Assembly (NCBI GenBank): GCA_965219455.1
Contig: OZ244744.1
Coordinates: forward strand, 3,456,001-3,520,000
Direction of reading: 5' to 3'
From: Candidatus Latescibacterota bacterium
GTDB taxonomy: Bacteria > Latescibacterota > UBA2968 > GCA-2709665
DNA: 64,000 bases
Under the pieces are notes generated by a model. That model searched no databases. It saw only the letters and a list, made by a program, of their open reading frames with translations, and was not told the origin of the DNA. Below are positions 21,089-30,892 of the stretch, piece by piece (position 1 is the stretch's first letter; each line of letters begins with the position of its first letter). Both the position numbers and the translations under genes were made by a program.

Positions 21089-21985
21089 ATGCCCGATTAC
21101 CGCACCTACCTCCAGCCCGAAGTTGTCGCCCGCCTGTCCCGCCTCGACCTGGTTGCCCGCCTCGTGGTTGAGGGCTTTATCACGGGCTTGCACCAGAGTC
21201 CCTACCACGGATTCTCGGTTGAATTCTCCGAATATCGTCAATATATACCGGGCGACCCGCTCCGCAACGTCGACTGGAAGGTTTACGGCAAAACCGACAG
21301 ACTGTATGTAAAACAATACGAAGAAGAAACCAACCTCAAGGCCTACATCCTCCTGGACGCCAGCGCGTCAATGGCCTACGGCTCGAATGGCCTCACCAAA
21401 TTTCAGTACGCTGCCTATACCGCTGCCGCGCTCTCCTACCTGATGCTGCGCCAGCGCGACGCCGTGGGCCTGGTATCCTTCGACCGCGGCATCCGATCCT
21501 ACCTGCCGCCCAAATCCGCGGGGACCCATCTTCACGCTCTGCTTGAAACGCTGCAGAATACCGACCCCGAGGGCGAAGACACCGACCTTGCCACCACCTT
21601 CCACAGCCTTGCCGAGCGCATTGTGCGCCGCGGCCTCATCGTGGTCCTGTCCGATTTGATGGACGATCCGCGCGCTCTGCTTTCCGGCCTGAAACACTTC
21701 CGCCACCGAAAACACGAAGTCATTGTGTTCCACATACAGGACCCCAGGGAACGCGATCTCGAATTCGGTCGCGAAACCCGATTCGTCGATCTCGAATCCG
21801 GCGCTTCCGTAACCACCGAACCCTGGCACGTCGCCTCCGATTACAGGGACCATATGGACGCCCTTACCGGGCGATTAGCCCGTGAATGCCGTGAAAGCCT
21901 CATCGACTACGTTCTGCTGGACACCGCAATGCCGTTCGATACCGTGCTGTTCAATTATCTGGCAAAGCGCAAACGCCTGATGTGA
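21089..21985 (+). CDS. DUF58 protein with VWA-like domain
   Basis: GFSVEFSEYRQYIPGD, DWKVYGK, KQYEEE, LLDASASM and VVLSD. Confidence 0.92.
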   Translation: MPDYRTYLQPEVVARLSRLDLVARLVVEGFITGLHQSPYHGFSVEFSEYRQYIPGDPLRNVDWKVYGKTDRLYVKQYEEETNLKAYILLDASASMAYGSNGLTKFQYAAYTAAALSYLMLRQRDAVGLVSFDRGIRSYLPPKSAGTHLHALLETLQNTDPEGEDTDLATTFHSLAERIVRRGLIVVLSDLMDDPRALLSGLKHFRHRKHEVIVFHIQDPRERDLEFGRETRFVDLESGASVTTEPWHVASDYRDHMDALTGRLARECRESLIDYVLLDTAMPFDTVLFNYLAKRKRLM

Positions 21986-22032
21986 CGTAAATCGTTCGTC
22001 TGCTTACCTTTTTCGACACTTGTGAGGATCCC

Positions 22033-23073
22033 ATGGATCGTGTGCGCGTGGGTATCGTCGGCGCGGGGAAAATGGGGCGTACGCATATCGACGCCCTCAG
22101 AGACGTGACGCAGGGCGAAGCCGTTGCCGTGAACGATCCCGCCAACCTTCCGGGAGTCGGCCCCGGCCTTGCCGGTCAGTACGGCCTGGACTACGAGAAT
22201 AGCCTGGAATCGCTTGTTGCCAGGGACGATATCCACGCCGTCATCGTGACCACGCCCCACGCCCTGCACGCCGAACACGCCATTGCCGCACTCGAGGCAG
22301 GCAAACATGTGCTCGTGGAGAAACCCCTGGAGCTTACGTTGGACAAGTGCGACGCGATTATTCAGAGCGCGGATCGAATGAAACGCAAACTCATGGTCGC
22401 GCAGAGCCACCGGTACTGGGAGGGCGACGCCGTATCCAAACGCCTTCTTGATGAGGGCGCAATCGGTCGGCTGCTTATGTGCAGGGATACCCTCGCCACG
22501 CCCGGCTACCGCAGACCCAATCCCGATCGTGCATGGTTCACGGACCCGGATCTCTACGGTCGGGGCGGCCTCATCGCGTGGGGCGTCCACAATATCGACC
22601 GTCTGCGCTGGTGGTTCGAAAGCGAAGCCGACTTTGTTTTCGCCCGGTCCTATGCCCTTCGTACCGAGGTTCCCGGCGATCTCACGTCCAACATGGTGAT
22701 GATTGCATTCCGGGACGGCGGCAGCGCCCACCTCATCTACTCCGAAGCCCTGCCTCCGCCGGGCTGGAAGGGCTTCAGTTGCGGCGCTGAACTCGTCGGC
22801 GACAAGGGCCTGATGGAAGTCGACCCTTACAATACTGTCAAAGTCGCGCGTGAAGGCGCGACGGAATGGGATACGGTTTACGACATCGCCGCGGTAGAGG
22901 ACCCGCGGCAGAAAGCATTTGCGGATGAAGTTCGGGACTTCATCGGCTGTATCGTCAACGACACGCCACCCCCGGTCACCGGGGAAGACGGCCGGGCGGC
23001 CGTGGAGATCGCCCTGGCCGCTTACCAGTCCTCCCGGACCGGCGAAGCGATCAAGCTGCCCCTCGTAGATTGA
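22033..23073 (+). CDS. Gfo/Idh/MocA family oxidoreductase
   Basis: GIVGAGKMG, GKHVLVEKP and GVHNID. Confidence 0.9.
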   Translation: MDRVRVGIVGAGKMGRTHIDALRDVTQGEAVAVNDPANLPGVGPGLAGQYGLDYENSLESLVARDDIHAVIVTTPHALHAEHAIAALEAGKHVLVEKPLELTLDKCDAIIQSADRMKRKLMVAQSHRYWEGDAVSKRLLDEGAIGRLLMCRDTLATPGYRRPNPDRAWFTDPDLYGRGGLIAWGVHNIDRLRWWFESEADFVFARSYALRTEVPGDLTSNMVMIAFRDGGSAHLIYSEALPPPGWKGFSCGAELVGDKGLMEVDPYNTVKVAREGATEWDTVYDIAAVEDPRQKAFADEVRDFIGCIVNDTPPPVTGEDGRAAVEIALAAYQSSRTGEAIKLPLVD

Positions 23074-23155
23074 TTCGTGTGGGTTGTCTGTCACCGCGCC
23101 GAATGATTCTTCACGGCCAATGCGCGTTCCTCGCAGGTGAAAGCGAACCTGGACC

Positions 23156-23767
23156 ATGAAACCTGACACCGCTGAAGAATCGGACGCCGTCCTCGGAGCA
23201 CGCATGAAAGAACTCTTTGTGGCGCAACACGACAAGCCTTCTGCGTTGGGAGAAATCAACCTGTCCCGTCTCACTCCGTTTCAGAGGGGGATGCTGGTTA
23301 CGGACGGGACCGTGACACGGTTCATCGAAGCGTATACAATGGCGCCGGTGGAGGTTTTCCGCCTCCAGCAGTCGGAACGGACGCTCTCCGGCGGACATCC
23401 GTGGTTGGAGTTACCCATCGGGGCGAAGGTGATCTCAAGGCAGTCGGTGATTCGAGTCCACACGCCCGACGGCTCTCCATCGACCATTCATGTGTACGCA
23501 GACTCGTTGATCGTGCCGCATCGTCTGCCGAAATCCATTCTGGATGGGTTGGCGTCCGACAGGGAGGGATTGGGCGGGCTCCTGCGGCGAATCGGTCTGG
23601 AGAGTCGGCGCGAACTGCTCTGGTGCGGTATGGAGTCATTGAGCGGTCTGCCGGGTGCCGTCGCGCACCTTGAAGGCGGGAAGTTCATCAGTCGCTCCTA
23701 CCGGGTCATTGCGAAGCAGAAAACGCTTATGCTGATCAATGAGAAGTTCCCACTTTCTGTGACTTAG
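23156..23767 (+). CDS. Chorismate pyruvate-lyase-like protein (UbiC/DUF98 type)
   Basis: LVTDGTVTRFIEA, YADSLI...RLP, LESRREL, SRSYRV and MLINEKFP. Confidence 0.72.
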   Translation: MKPDTAEESDAVLGARMKELFVAQHDKPSALGEINLSRLTPFQRGMLVTDGTVTRFIEAYTMAPVEVFRLQQSERTLSGGHPWLELPIGAKVISRQSVIRVHTPDGSPSTIHVYADSLIVPHRLPKSILDGLASDREGLGGLLRRIGLESRRELLWCGMESLSGLPGAVAHLEGGKFISRSYRVIAKQKTLMLINEKFPLSVT

Positions 23768-23953
23768 ATTGCCCGCTGGAACCGGCTGTCAGGTTACCCG
23801 AAAGTATCGCAGCCACAGAGGAAGTTTCAAGGGATTGGGGTTAAACCTCGGGATACCCTGCGGGAGCGTTTGAGGTGCGGGGTTTTTGTGTTTTGGATCG
23901 GTAACCGTCGAGTGTGCGACGGCTTTTTTGTCTTCGCGTCTGGAGGATTTACG

Positions 23954-24691
23954 ATGAATGACGTTGCTCTTTTGACCGTGAACCCGCTCGACTACGGGCG
24001 CTCGTTCCTGATTGGGAAGGGGCGAACAAATGAGGTACGCTTCTGGATCGAGTCGCGCACCCGCGTTATCGACGAAAGGGAGGGGATCAGCGAGGATTTC
24101 TACCAGACCGCCTCCTGCAAGAGCGAGAACACGTTTCATAAAAGGGATTTATTTCAACGTGACAACTACGATTATCTGCCGATCTTCAGCGCCGGGTACG
24201 GACTCATCTTCCGGCGTCCCGCCTGTCTCAGCGCCCGCTACCGGGAAACGCGGCCGTACGAGGAGATGTTCGGCGGCTACGACCTCCACCTCGTCGAGGG
24301 CGAGCGCATTCGGGAGTTGCCGTCGAACGCGTCCATCCGCGAGGAAACGTATCGCTTCGCGCCGCTGGTCTCGCAGACCGAAATCCGCAACGAAGAAACC
24401 GGGCTGAGGGCCCTGATCGAATGTCCGGTGAAGACCATGAACACCCGCCGCGAGGACGACCGCTACCAGGTCGACACCGGTCCGCTCGCCTTTCCCGATC
24501 TCTCCACGAGGCCTGAACGGCTTGTCGACTGCCTCTCGCTCGCCTTCGTTGCCTTCAACGCCTCCCACTTCGCCGATTTCGTGGTCGAAGCGCCAACCCC
24601 CGTCGATGCCCGCCATCCCGATCTACAAGTCCACCACTTCTCGAAGATCGTCAGCCTCCCGGCGCGCAACCGGCTTTTCGCAGTTGAGTAG
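23954..24691 (+). CDS. Hypothetical protein
   Basis: GGAGG ribosome-binding site before ATG 23954; host-like codon pattern; no recognised family. Confidence 0.65.
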   Translation: MNDVALLTVNPLDYGRSFLIGKGRTNEVRFWIESRTRVIDEREGISEDFYQTASCKSENTFHKRDLFQRDNYDYLPIFSAGYGLIFRRPACLSARYRETRPYEEMFGGYDLHLVEGERIRELPSNASIREETYRFAPLVSQTEIRNEETGLRALIECPVKTMNTRREDDRYQVDTGPLAFPDLSTRPERLVDCLSLAFVAFNASHFADFVVEAPTPVDARHPDLQVHHFSKIVSLPARNRLFAVE

Positions 24692-25036
24692 GGTTTTAGC
24701 TACATTATAGCTACAATATCGGAGGTGTTCTTGCGACATTCAAGTCCTGCGGTTTGCCGCAGGGTGACGATGCCGTCACTGGCCGCTTCCCTGATGCGAG
24801 CCTCTACAGCAGATCTGTATTGAACTTTACCATGATGGCACGATCGTTGCCTGTGTTATGCTCCTTGACAGCGCATTGGAAAAGGGGCATTTATTGTAGG
24901 AAATTGTACTTCGATTTCTTGCATTAAGCGCGCGACTTCAGTCGCGACGCGGATCCCGCATTCTCCCGAGAGGTACTCGACTGCCGGAAACGCACACTGT
25001 AACGACGTCGAGAATTGAATCGAAAGGTATTTTCTC

Positions 25037-26329
25037 ATGATTACTGAGATTGAGATCGGGGGCTACCGGCTTCTAGACGAATTCAAGGCGGACCTCACGC
25101 CGACCACGGTGGTGATTGGTGCGAACGCGGTTGGCAAGAGTACGCTTATTGATTGTCTGCAACTGATAGGGGAGTGTTGCGAGGTCCCGCTAAATACGGC
25201 AATGGGTTGGCATCACGGGGCAGCGTCGATGCTTTCTTCGGGCAATGTTAACAGACAGTTGACATGGAACATCACTTTTCATCACCCCACCCTATCGGAC
25301 ATATTGCACTTAGATGCAGAAAAATCGCTGATATACGAGGTCGTATTGGTGCCAGATACTCAGAACCAAATGTATTCCCGATACGAAGTTCTCAAAAATC
25401 AAGTGCCAGCACCTGGTCATAAGGAACCCTTCAAGTTCTTGGAGGCGACCCCATACCGGCAGCAGATATTCGACAGAAGACAGGGAAAGTTCACAACGTT
25501 TGATGAAGCGCAATCGTCAACTGAAATTGTACGTGAGTCCAATTCCGGAGAGACTGCCCACCCGAGCGTTCCGGCACAGACCGCGCAACAAGAAGTGGCC
25601 TTGCTGCTTTCGCAGATTAGGTTTTTCAACGAGTTTCCCATTCCTTCTTTGGTGCGGATTTTGTTGGCACATATGGCGTTCTATCCGGGCTTCGATGTAA
25701 CACGTTCATCCTCGCTTCGCACGAAGGCCGCCGACATTTCGCCAGTTACGACATTATCGGGCAATGGCGACAATCTCGGTACGGTGCTGCACGAAATTCT
25801 GACTAGATATGACTACCGGTCATCTGCAGAGGAATTGCGCGAATTTCTGCGCGTAGCTTACCCGGCATTTGAGGAAATTCATTGCGACACTACCTATGGA
25901 ACGCCGCCGCAGGTGCTCGTGGGCGTGCGCGAGAAGGGCATGCGCAGGTCCATGAATCTCTGGGAACTTTCGGACGGTATGCTACGATTCCTCTGCCTGG
26001 CGACGGCTCTATTGAATCCAGTGCCTCGCATGACGGTAGCAATTGATGAACCCGAATTGGGCTTGCACCCTGGGCTTTTGCCCGTTGTCGCCGAAATGAT
26101 CAAGACAGCTGCTGAGCGCGCCCAGGTTCTGGTCACGACACACAGCCCGGATCTGCTCAACTGTTTCGATATAGCCGATGTGGCTGTGATGGCTCGTGAT
26201 TCGGATAATGCAAAGGTCGTATGGCATCGTCCGGCGAACCGTAAGACGCTCGTGGAAATGCTGGAGAATGTTGCCGGCGACACGCTTGGCGACCTACATC
26301 GCTCCGGCGAACTGGAGGCCGGCGCATGA
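25037..26329 (+). CDS. ABC/AAA_21-type ATPase
   Basis: Walker A GANAVGKS, signature ELSDGMLR, Walker B/D-loop IDEPELGLHP, H-loop TTHSP and C-terminal LGDL..SGEL. Confidence 0.9.
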   Translation: MITEIEIGGYRLLDEFKADLTPTTVVIGANAVGKSTLIDCLQLIGECCEVPLNTAMGWHHGAASMLSSGNVNRQLTWNITFHHPTLSDILHLDAEKSLIYEVVLVPDTQNQMYSRYEVLKNQVPAPGHKEPFKFLEATPYRQQIFDRRQGKFTTFDEAQSSTEIVRESNSGETAHPSVPAQTAQQEVALLLSQIRFFNEFPIPSLVRILLAHMAFYPGFDVTRSSSLRTKAADISPVTTLSGNGDNLGTVLHEILTRYDYRSSAEELREFLRVAYPAFEEIHCDTTYGTPPQVLVGVREKGMRRSMNLWELSDGMLRFLCLATALLNPVPRMTVAIDEPELGLHPGLLPVVAEMIKTAAERAQVLVTTHSPDLLNCFDIADVAVMARDSDNAKVVWHRPANRKTLVEMLENVAGDTLGDLHRSGELEAGA

Positions 26330-26991
26330 AGGTCTGGGTGTTTGTGGAGGGGAGGTCTGACATTGGGGCATTAAAGGCGTTGTGGGACGGGTGGAGGCGG
26401 AAACTTGGTGAAAGAGGTTGGGGGATTCAATTCATATCTCTCGAAAATAAGCACAAATATCTTAGAAAAATCGGCGCACAAGCGACCGGGAAATTGGTAG
26501 ACGATCGACTCGACCTGGTCGTGGGCCTACCAGATCTCTATCCGAATAAGGGCATTGCTGCGGAATACAAGCACAGGAATTTGGAGGATCTACGAGACGT
26601 GCAAAACCGGCTTGTCAGGCAGGATTTGGAAAAGCGGGGCATCAGAAGGGCTGATGTTGACAGCCATATAGACCGTTTTTACGCAAGCGCGATGAAACAT
26701 GACATGGAAGTGCTGCTCCTCGCGGCGACGAGTCAACTTCGGTCCCGCCTAAACATGTCGAACGAACCCGGAAGCTGGCAACGACCGCCCGAAAAACAGA
26801 ATCAAGAAAGACCACCGAAGAGAGTCGTCGAAGAACTCTTCAAGAGACATCTCAAGCGGTCCTATCGAGAAATTACGGATAGCGATGCCATCCTGAGAAA
26901 CGCAGACCTTCACGACATCGCGGAGCATTGTCCAACATTCGGCGCCATGATCGATTGGATCGGCGAGAAAACACACGTCCCCGGATATTGA
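26326..26991 (+). CDS. DUF4276-like (TOPRIM-type) protein
   Basis: VFVEGRSD, LPDLY, HDMEVLLLA, PE...PPK..V, Y....D and CPTF..M..W; ATGA overlap with the ATPase. Confidence 0.75.
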   Translation: MKVWVFVEGRSDIGALKALWDGWRRKLGERGWGIQFISLENKHKYLRKIGAQATGKLVDDRLDLVVGLPDLYPNKGIAAEYKHRNLEDLRDVQNRLVRQDLEKRGIRRADVDSHIDRFYASAMKHDMEVLLLAATSQLRSRLNMSNEPGSWQRPPEKQNQERPPKRVVEELFKRHLKRSYREITDSDAILRNADLHDIAEHCPTFGAMIDWIGEKTHVPGY

Positions 26992-27030
26992 TCCACCGGC
27001 CTATTCCGTTGCCTCCGCACGAAAACAGAC

Positions 27031-30000
27031 ATGAATAAACCGATCTCCCAGTCTGAATCACCACGGTGTCCGTCCTGCGGTGCCTCAATGGCGCTTCGCA
27101 CGGCGAAGAAGGGACGAAACCCCGGAGAGCAGTTCTGGGGCTGTACAAAATTCCCCAGGTGTCGAGGTACGCGGAATGTCAGGGATGAATCGGAGCCGGC
27201 TGAACCCTCCCGCAAGAGCCGGTTGTCGCCGGACGCCCTGCTTCCGGTCGAATGGATCGAAGGCGTGCGGCGCGCGGACTTCATCCCCGAGTACGTGTCC
27301 GTGGGAGCAGTGCCCGGAATCCTTCAGGATCGGCTCGGCGACGACGCGCGTTTGACACGGGCCCTCAGCCAGTGCGTGCTGCTCTCGCGCAGAAGCCGCG
27401 AACGCGGGGAAGGGGTCGAGCACGTCCGCTTCGCAACCGCGCTGCTTCTCAAGTTGCTGCGTCGCGGCCATACGCCCCTGGCGACGTTGGATGTCGAACG
27501 CGAGGGACTGCGTTCCCGCGGCCTTTTGAATAGGGTAAGCGAAATCGACGAAGATGGGACGGATGTCGGTTGGGCGCCACAGCCCGGCGCGTTGCTGCGT
27601 TTGACAGCCGAAGCCGTCCTTGCCGGGGTAACTGAAAAAGTCCCTTTTATTCTCGACCCTGCTTTCGACTTCGATACCGGTTCGGACGAATCGCTGCTGC
27701 AGAGCCAGGCCGAAGCCTGGTTCCTCAATCAATGGGTGCCCACGGCGCTCGGGCCCGCGTCCGGCCACTGGTTCACCCCGCAGGCGCCATTGGACAGGTT
27801 GGTTGAATCCGCAGGGGAATACGGGAGCGGCGCCCGTCGTGTTGACTTTCTCTTCAGCCACCCCGGTGGATCGCCTTTCGCCATGGAGATCGATGGTCCG
27901 GAACACGAGGGATCGGTCGAGGTGGACAAAGCGCGCGATGAATCATTGCGTTCCATCGGGATTGACGTTCTACGCATCACCAACGCGGAAGTGCAGAATG
28001 GCCGTGGAGCGATGCTAGAAAAGATTCGCGGTCGATGCCAACGGGTACTCACCGCATTCGCCCGGGCCACAGGCGAGGAGAGGGCTGTCGCGTCACTCGC
28101 CGTTGAGTGCGCCAACGCGGCCAGGGTGCAGTTCGTCGTCGCCCGCGCCCTGGCGTATGGATGGCTGACGCCGGGCGAAAGCTGGGAGATCGATATCCGT
28201 GGGGCCGGATCGCCGGCCGCGTCCGGCGTGCTGGACGCGCTTCGGTTACTGGCAGGCATCGATATTCTGTATGGCGGCTGTTCGGTCCCAACCGGATGTA
28301 CTGTACGCGCGGATAACGGGTTCGTCAGGACCTGGATGCGGGAGGGCGGCGGGCGGTGGGTGACGACCACTGTTTTCGACGCACCCGTGGACCGGTTGGC
28401 CATTGCCGTCGAGTCCACAACGAGCCCGTTCCATCGCGTCAGTGGCGAAGGGCTGGATTTCGTCATTCGCCCGGTGTACGTCCCGGCATTGATCGCGGCC
28501 GGGCAGTCGTTCGATCTGCGCCGGCGAGCAACGGCGGTGTCGACCTACGAAGAGGCCCGCGCGCCGCTCAGGATGTTCCTCCGGAACATATTTCGCAAAC
28601 GGGATTTCCGCCCCATGCAGGGGCAGGCCATCTTCAATGTGCTTCGACAAAACGACAGCGTCGTGCTGCTTCAGACCGGCGGGGGCAAGAGTATAATCTA
28701 TCAGCTCGCCGGGCTCCTGATGCCCGGCGTAACACTGGTGGTCGATCCCATAACCGCGTTAATTGAAGACCAGGTCGAGGGTCTAAGGTCCTACGGAATC
28801 GATCGGGCGGCTTCAATTACCAGCTATCTTGCCTCCCGGGAAGAGCGCGAGCGTCTGCTCCGCAGGGTCGAACGGGGCGAGTACCTGTTCGTGCTGCATG
28901 CGCCTGAACGGCTGCAGTCGCCCCAATTCCGGACGTCGCTCCGCGCGCTGGTGGAGTGCACGTTTGTCAACCTGGCCGTCATCGATGAAGCGCACTGCGT
29001 ATCGGAGTGGGGGCACGACTTCCGGCCAGCGTATCTGAATCTCGCGAACAACCTGAGGAGGCTCGGCGCGGACCGTGAATTTCGTCCGCCGCCGCTCCTG
29101 GCCCTGACCGGAACCGCCTCGCGCGCGGTCCTTAGGGATATGCTTGCCGATTTAGGTATCGACAGGAACCGCTCGGACGCGTTGATCCGCCCCGAGTCGT
29201 TCGACCGTTCCGAAATTCGCTTTGAAATCGTACGCACCTCCCCGGTCCAGGAACCCTCGGCGGCACTGCGGGGCGTACTGAACGCATTGCCCGGTAAATT
29301 CGGGTTGCCACGGGCGGAGTTCTACCGGTCGTCTGGCGCCGAAACGGCTTCGGGTATCGTATTCGTTCCCACGGTCAAGGCTCGTACCTACGGGGTGCAG
29401 GATGCACGCCGTATTGTGCAACAGGCAACGGGTGCGGACGTCACCATATACTCCGGCAACCCGCCCTCGTCCCTGGATGCCGACAAATGGCATGCGCAGA
29501 AACGCGAGAACGCGGCCGACTTCAAAGCCAATCGTGTGCCCGTGCTCGTTGCCACAAAGGCGTTCGGGATGGGGATCGACAAACCGAATATCCGATATAC
29601 CGTGCATTTCGGAATGCCCATGTCCCTCGAGAGCTTCTACCAGGAGGCCGGCCGCGCGGGGCGAGACCGAAAACTCGCGCGCGCGACGGTCGTGTTTTCG
29701 GAATACGACCCGGGTCGCTCCGGGGAACTGATTGATCCCGACCTTGATCTCGAGTCCCTTCGCGGCAGGTTTGAAGAGATTGAAGGGAATCGCCAAACAG
29801 CGGATGACCTTTCCCGCGCGTTGTGGTTCCACCTGCAGGCGTTCGGTGGGGCGGCGCGCGAAATCGACGATGTAACCGATCTGCTGAATGCGCTGGGAGA
29901 TCTCTCTGCCAGGCAACGTATTGAACGACCCTATGCAGACGGTGACAACCGAATCAGACAAGAGAAAGCTATCTACAGGCTAATCAGGCTCGGCGTGATT

Positions 30001-30891
30001 GACGACTATGAAGTCGAGTTCGGATCCCGCCGCTTTGTGCTTCACGTGGATGCGTTCGATTTCGATCGCTGTAAAGGCAGACTGCTTGAATTCGTCCGCT
30101 CGGCCCAACCGGGGAGGACCAGGCCTCTCGTTCGAAGGGTCAATGGGGTCGATACCGGCCAGCCGCGGGAAGCGGCGCTTGCGCTCGCGACGATTCTGAT
30201 CGAGTTTACGTACGACCTCGTCGAACGTTCGCGGCGGGGGATGATCCGGGAAGCCCTGCTCCTCGCCCGTCAGGCGCGAGACGACGCGGAGATTCGCGTA
30301 AGGCTGCTCCACTACCTTCAGGAAGGCTTTGGCGCCGAGCACATCGAAGGACTGCTACAGAACGAGGACGTGGAGTTGGCCGCATGGTGGGATCTTGTTT
30401 CCAAAGTGCAGTCGGTGATGGACGCGGGCGAGCTTCGTGGTCTATGTATTCGCGCGCTCGAGTCCTACCCGGACCACCCGGGGCTTCTGTTCGCCCGCGC
30501 GCTTTCCGAGTCCATGTGCACGGATCATGATGAAACCGTGAGCTCCCGGGGAATCGGCGCCGCGATCCGGTCCGGCGTTGAGAAATATGGGATTTCGCGG
30601 ACGGATATCGAGGCGGCTGTCGACGAGATGTACGACCTCGCTTCAACTCGCGCGGCTGATCTCGGTCCGTCGCTCACCGTTGCGCTGCTCGATCTCGCCG
30701 ATGCGGCGCCGGGTTTTGAATACGTGGAAAAAAGAGGATTTCAGCGTGCGGTTGAACTCGATGATCCTCGCATCAGCGCAGTAATTGCAACGCGGCGGCT
30801 TGGCCGTCTCGTCGGTCAGTTGAAGCGAGCGGCTGACCGGGTGACGGGCCAGTTTGAGGCGCCTGGCGTTGCGAAAGCTTTGGGAGCGTGA
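27031..30891 (+). CDS. RecQ-like SF2 helicase fused to a topoisomerase-type C4 zinc finger and a DUF559/Vsr-like nuclease domain
   Basis: Zinc finger CPSCG...FWGCTKFPRC. Nuclease-like RVDF...EIDGPEH...DKARD..LRSIGIDVLRI. Helicase TGGGKS, APERL, IDEAHCVSEWGHDFRPAY, ALTGTA, ATKAFGMGIDKPNIR and QEAGRAGRD. Confidence 0.88.
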   Translation: MNKPISQSESPRCPSCGASMALRTAKKGRNPGEQFWGCTKFPRCRGTRNVRDESEPAEPSRKSRLSPDALLPVEWIEGVRRADFIPEYVSVGAVPGILQDRLGDDARLTRALSQCVLLSRRSRERGEGVEHVRFATALLLKLLRRGHTPLATLDVEREGLRSRGLLNRVSEIDEDGTDVGWAPQPGALLRLTAEAVLAGVTEKVPFILDPAFDFDTGSDESLLQSQAEAWFLNQWVPTALGPASGHWFTPQAPLDRLVESAGEYGSGARRVDFLFSHPGGSPFAMEIDGPEHEGSVEVDKARDESLRSIGIDVLRITNAEVQNGRGAMLEKIRGRCQRVLTAFARATGEERAVASLAVECANAARVQFVVARALAYGWLTPGESWEIDIRGAGSPAASGVLDALRLLAGIDILYGGCSVPTGCTVRADNGFVRTWMREGGGRWVTTTVFDAPVDRLAIAVESTTSPFHRVSGEGLDFVIRPVYVPALIAAGQSFDLRRRATAVSTYEEARAPLRMFLRNIFRKRDFRPMQGQAIFNVLRQNDSVVLLQTGGGKSIIYQLAGLLMPGVTLVVDPITALIEDQVEGLRSYGIDRAASITSYLASREERERLLRRVERGEYLFVLHAPERLQSPQFRTSLRALVECTFVNLAVIDEAHCVSEWGHDFRPAYLNLANNLRRLGADREFRPPPLLALTGTASRAVLRDMLADLGIDRNRSDALIRPESFDRSEIRFEIVRTSPVQEPSAALRGVLNALPGKFGLPRAEFYRSSGAETASGIVFVPTVKARTYGVQDARRIVQQATGADVTIYSGNPPSSLDADKWHAQKRENAADFKANRVPVLVATKAFGMGIDKPNIRYTVHFGMPMSLESFYQEAGRAGRDRKLARATVVFSEYDPGRSGELIDPDLDLESLRGRFEEIEGNRQTADDLSRALWFHLQAFGGAAREIDDVTDLLNALGDLSARQRIERPYADGDNRIRQEKAIYRLIRLGVIDDYEVEFGSRRFVLHVDAFDFDRCKGRLLEFVRSAQPGRTRPLVRRVNGVDTGQPREAALALATILIEFTYDLVERSRRGMIREALLLARQARDDAEIRVRLLHYLQEGFGAEHIEGLLQNEDVELAAWWDLVSKVQSVMDAGELRGLCIRALESYPDHPGLLFARALSESMCTDHDETVSSRGIGAAIRSGVEKYGISRTDIEAAVDEMYDLASTRAADLGPSLTVALLDLADAAPGFEYVEKRGFQRAVELDDPRISAVIATRRLGRLVGQLKRAADRVTGQFEAPGVAKALGA

Positions 30892-30892
30892 G

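Noticed and set aside
18142-23274. Long minus-strand ORFs (447, 460 and 439 aa)
   Set aside because: Antisense shadows of recognisable plus-strand genes in GC-rich DNA.
23792-23906. Possible small MITE bounded by GGTTACC/GGTAACC
   Set aside because: Only a 7-bp inverted repeat, no clean target duplication and no second copy in the window.
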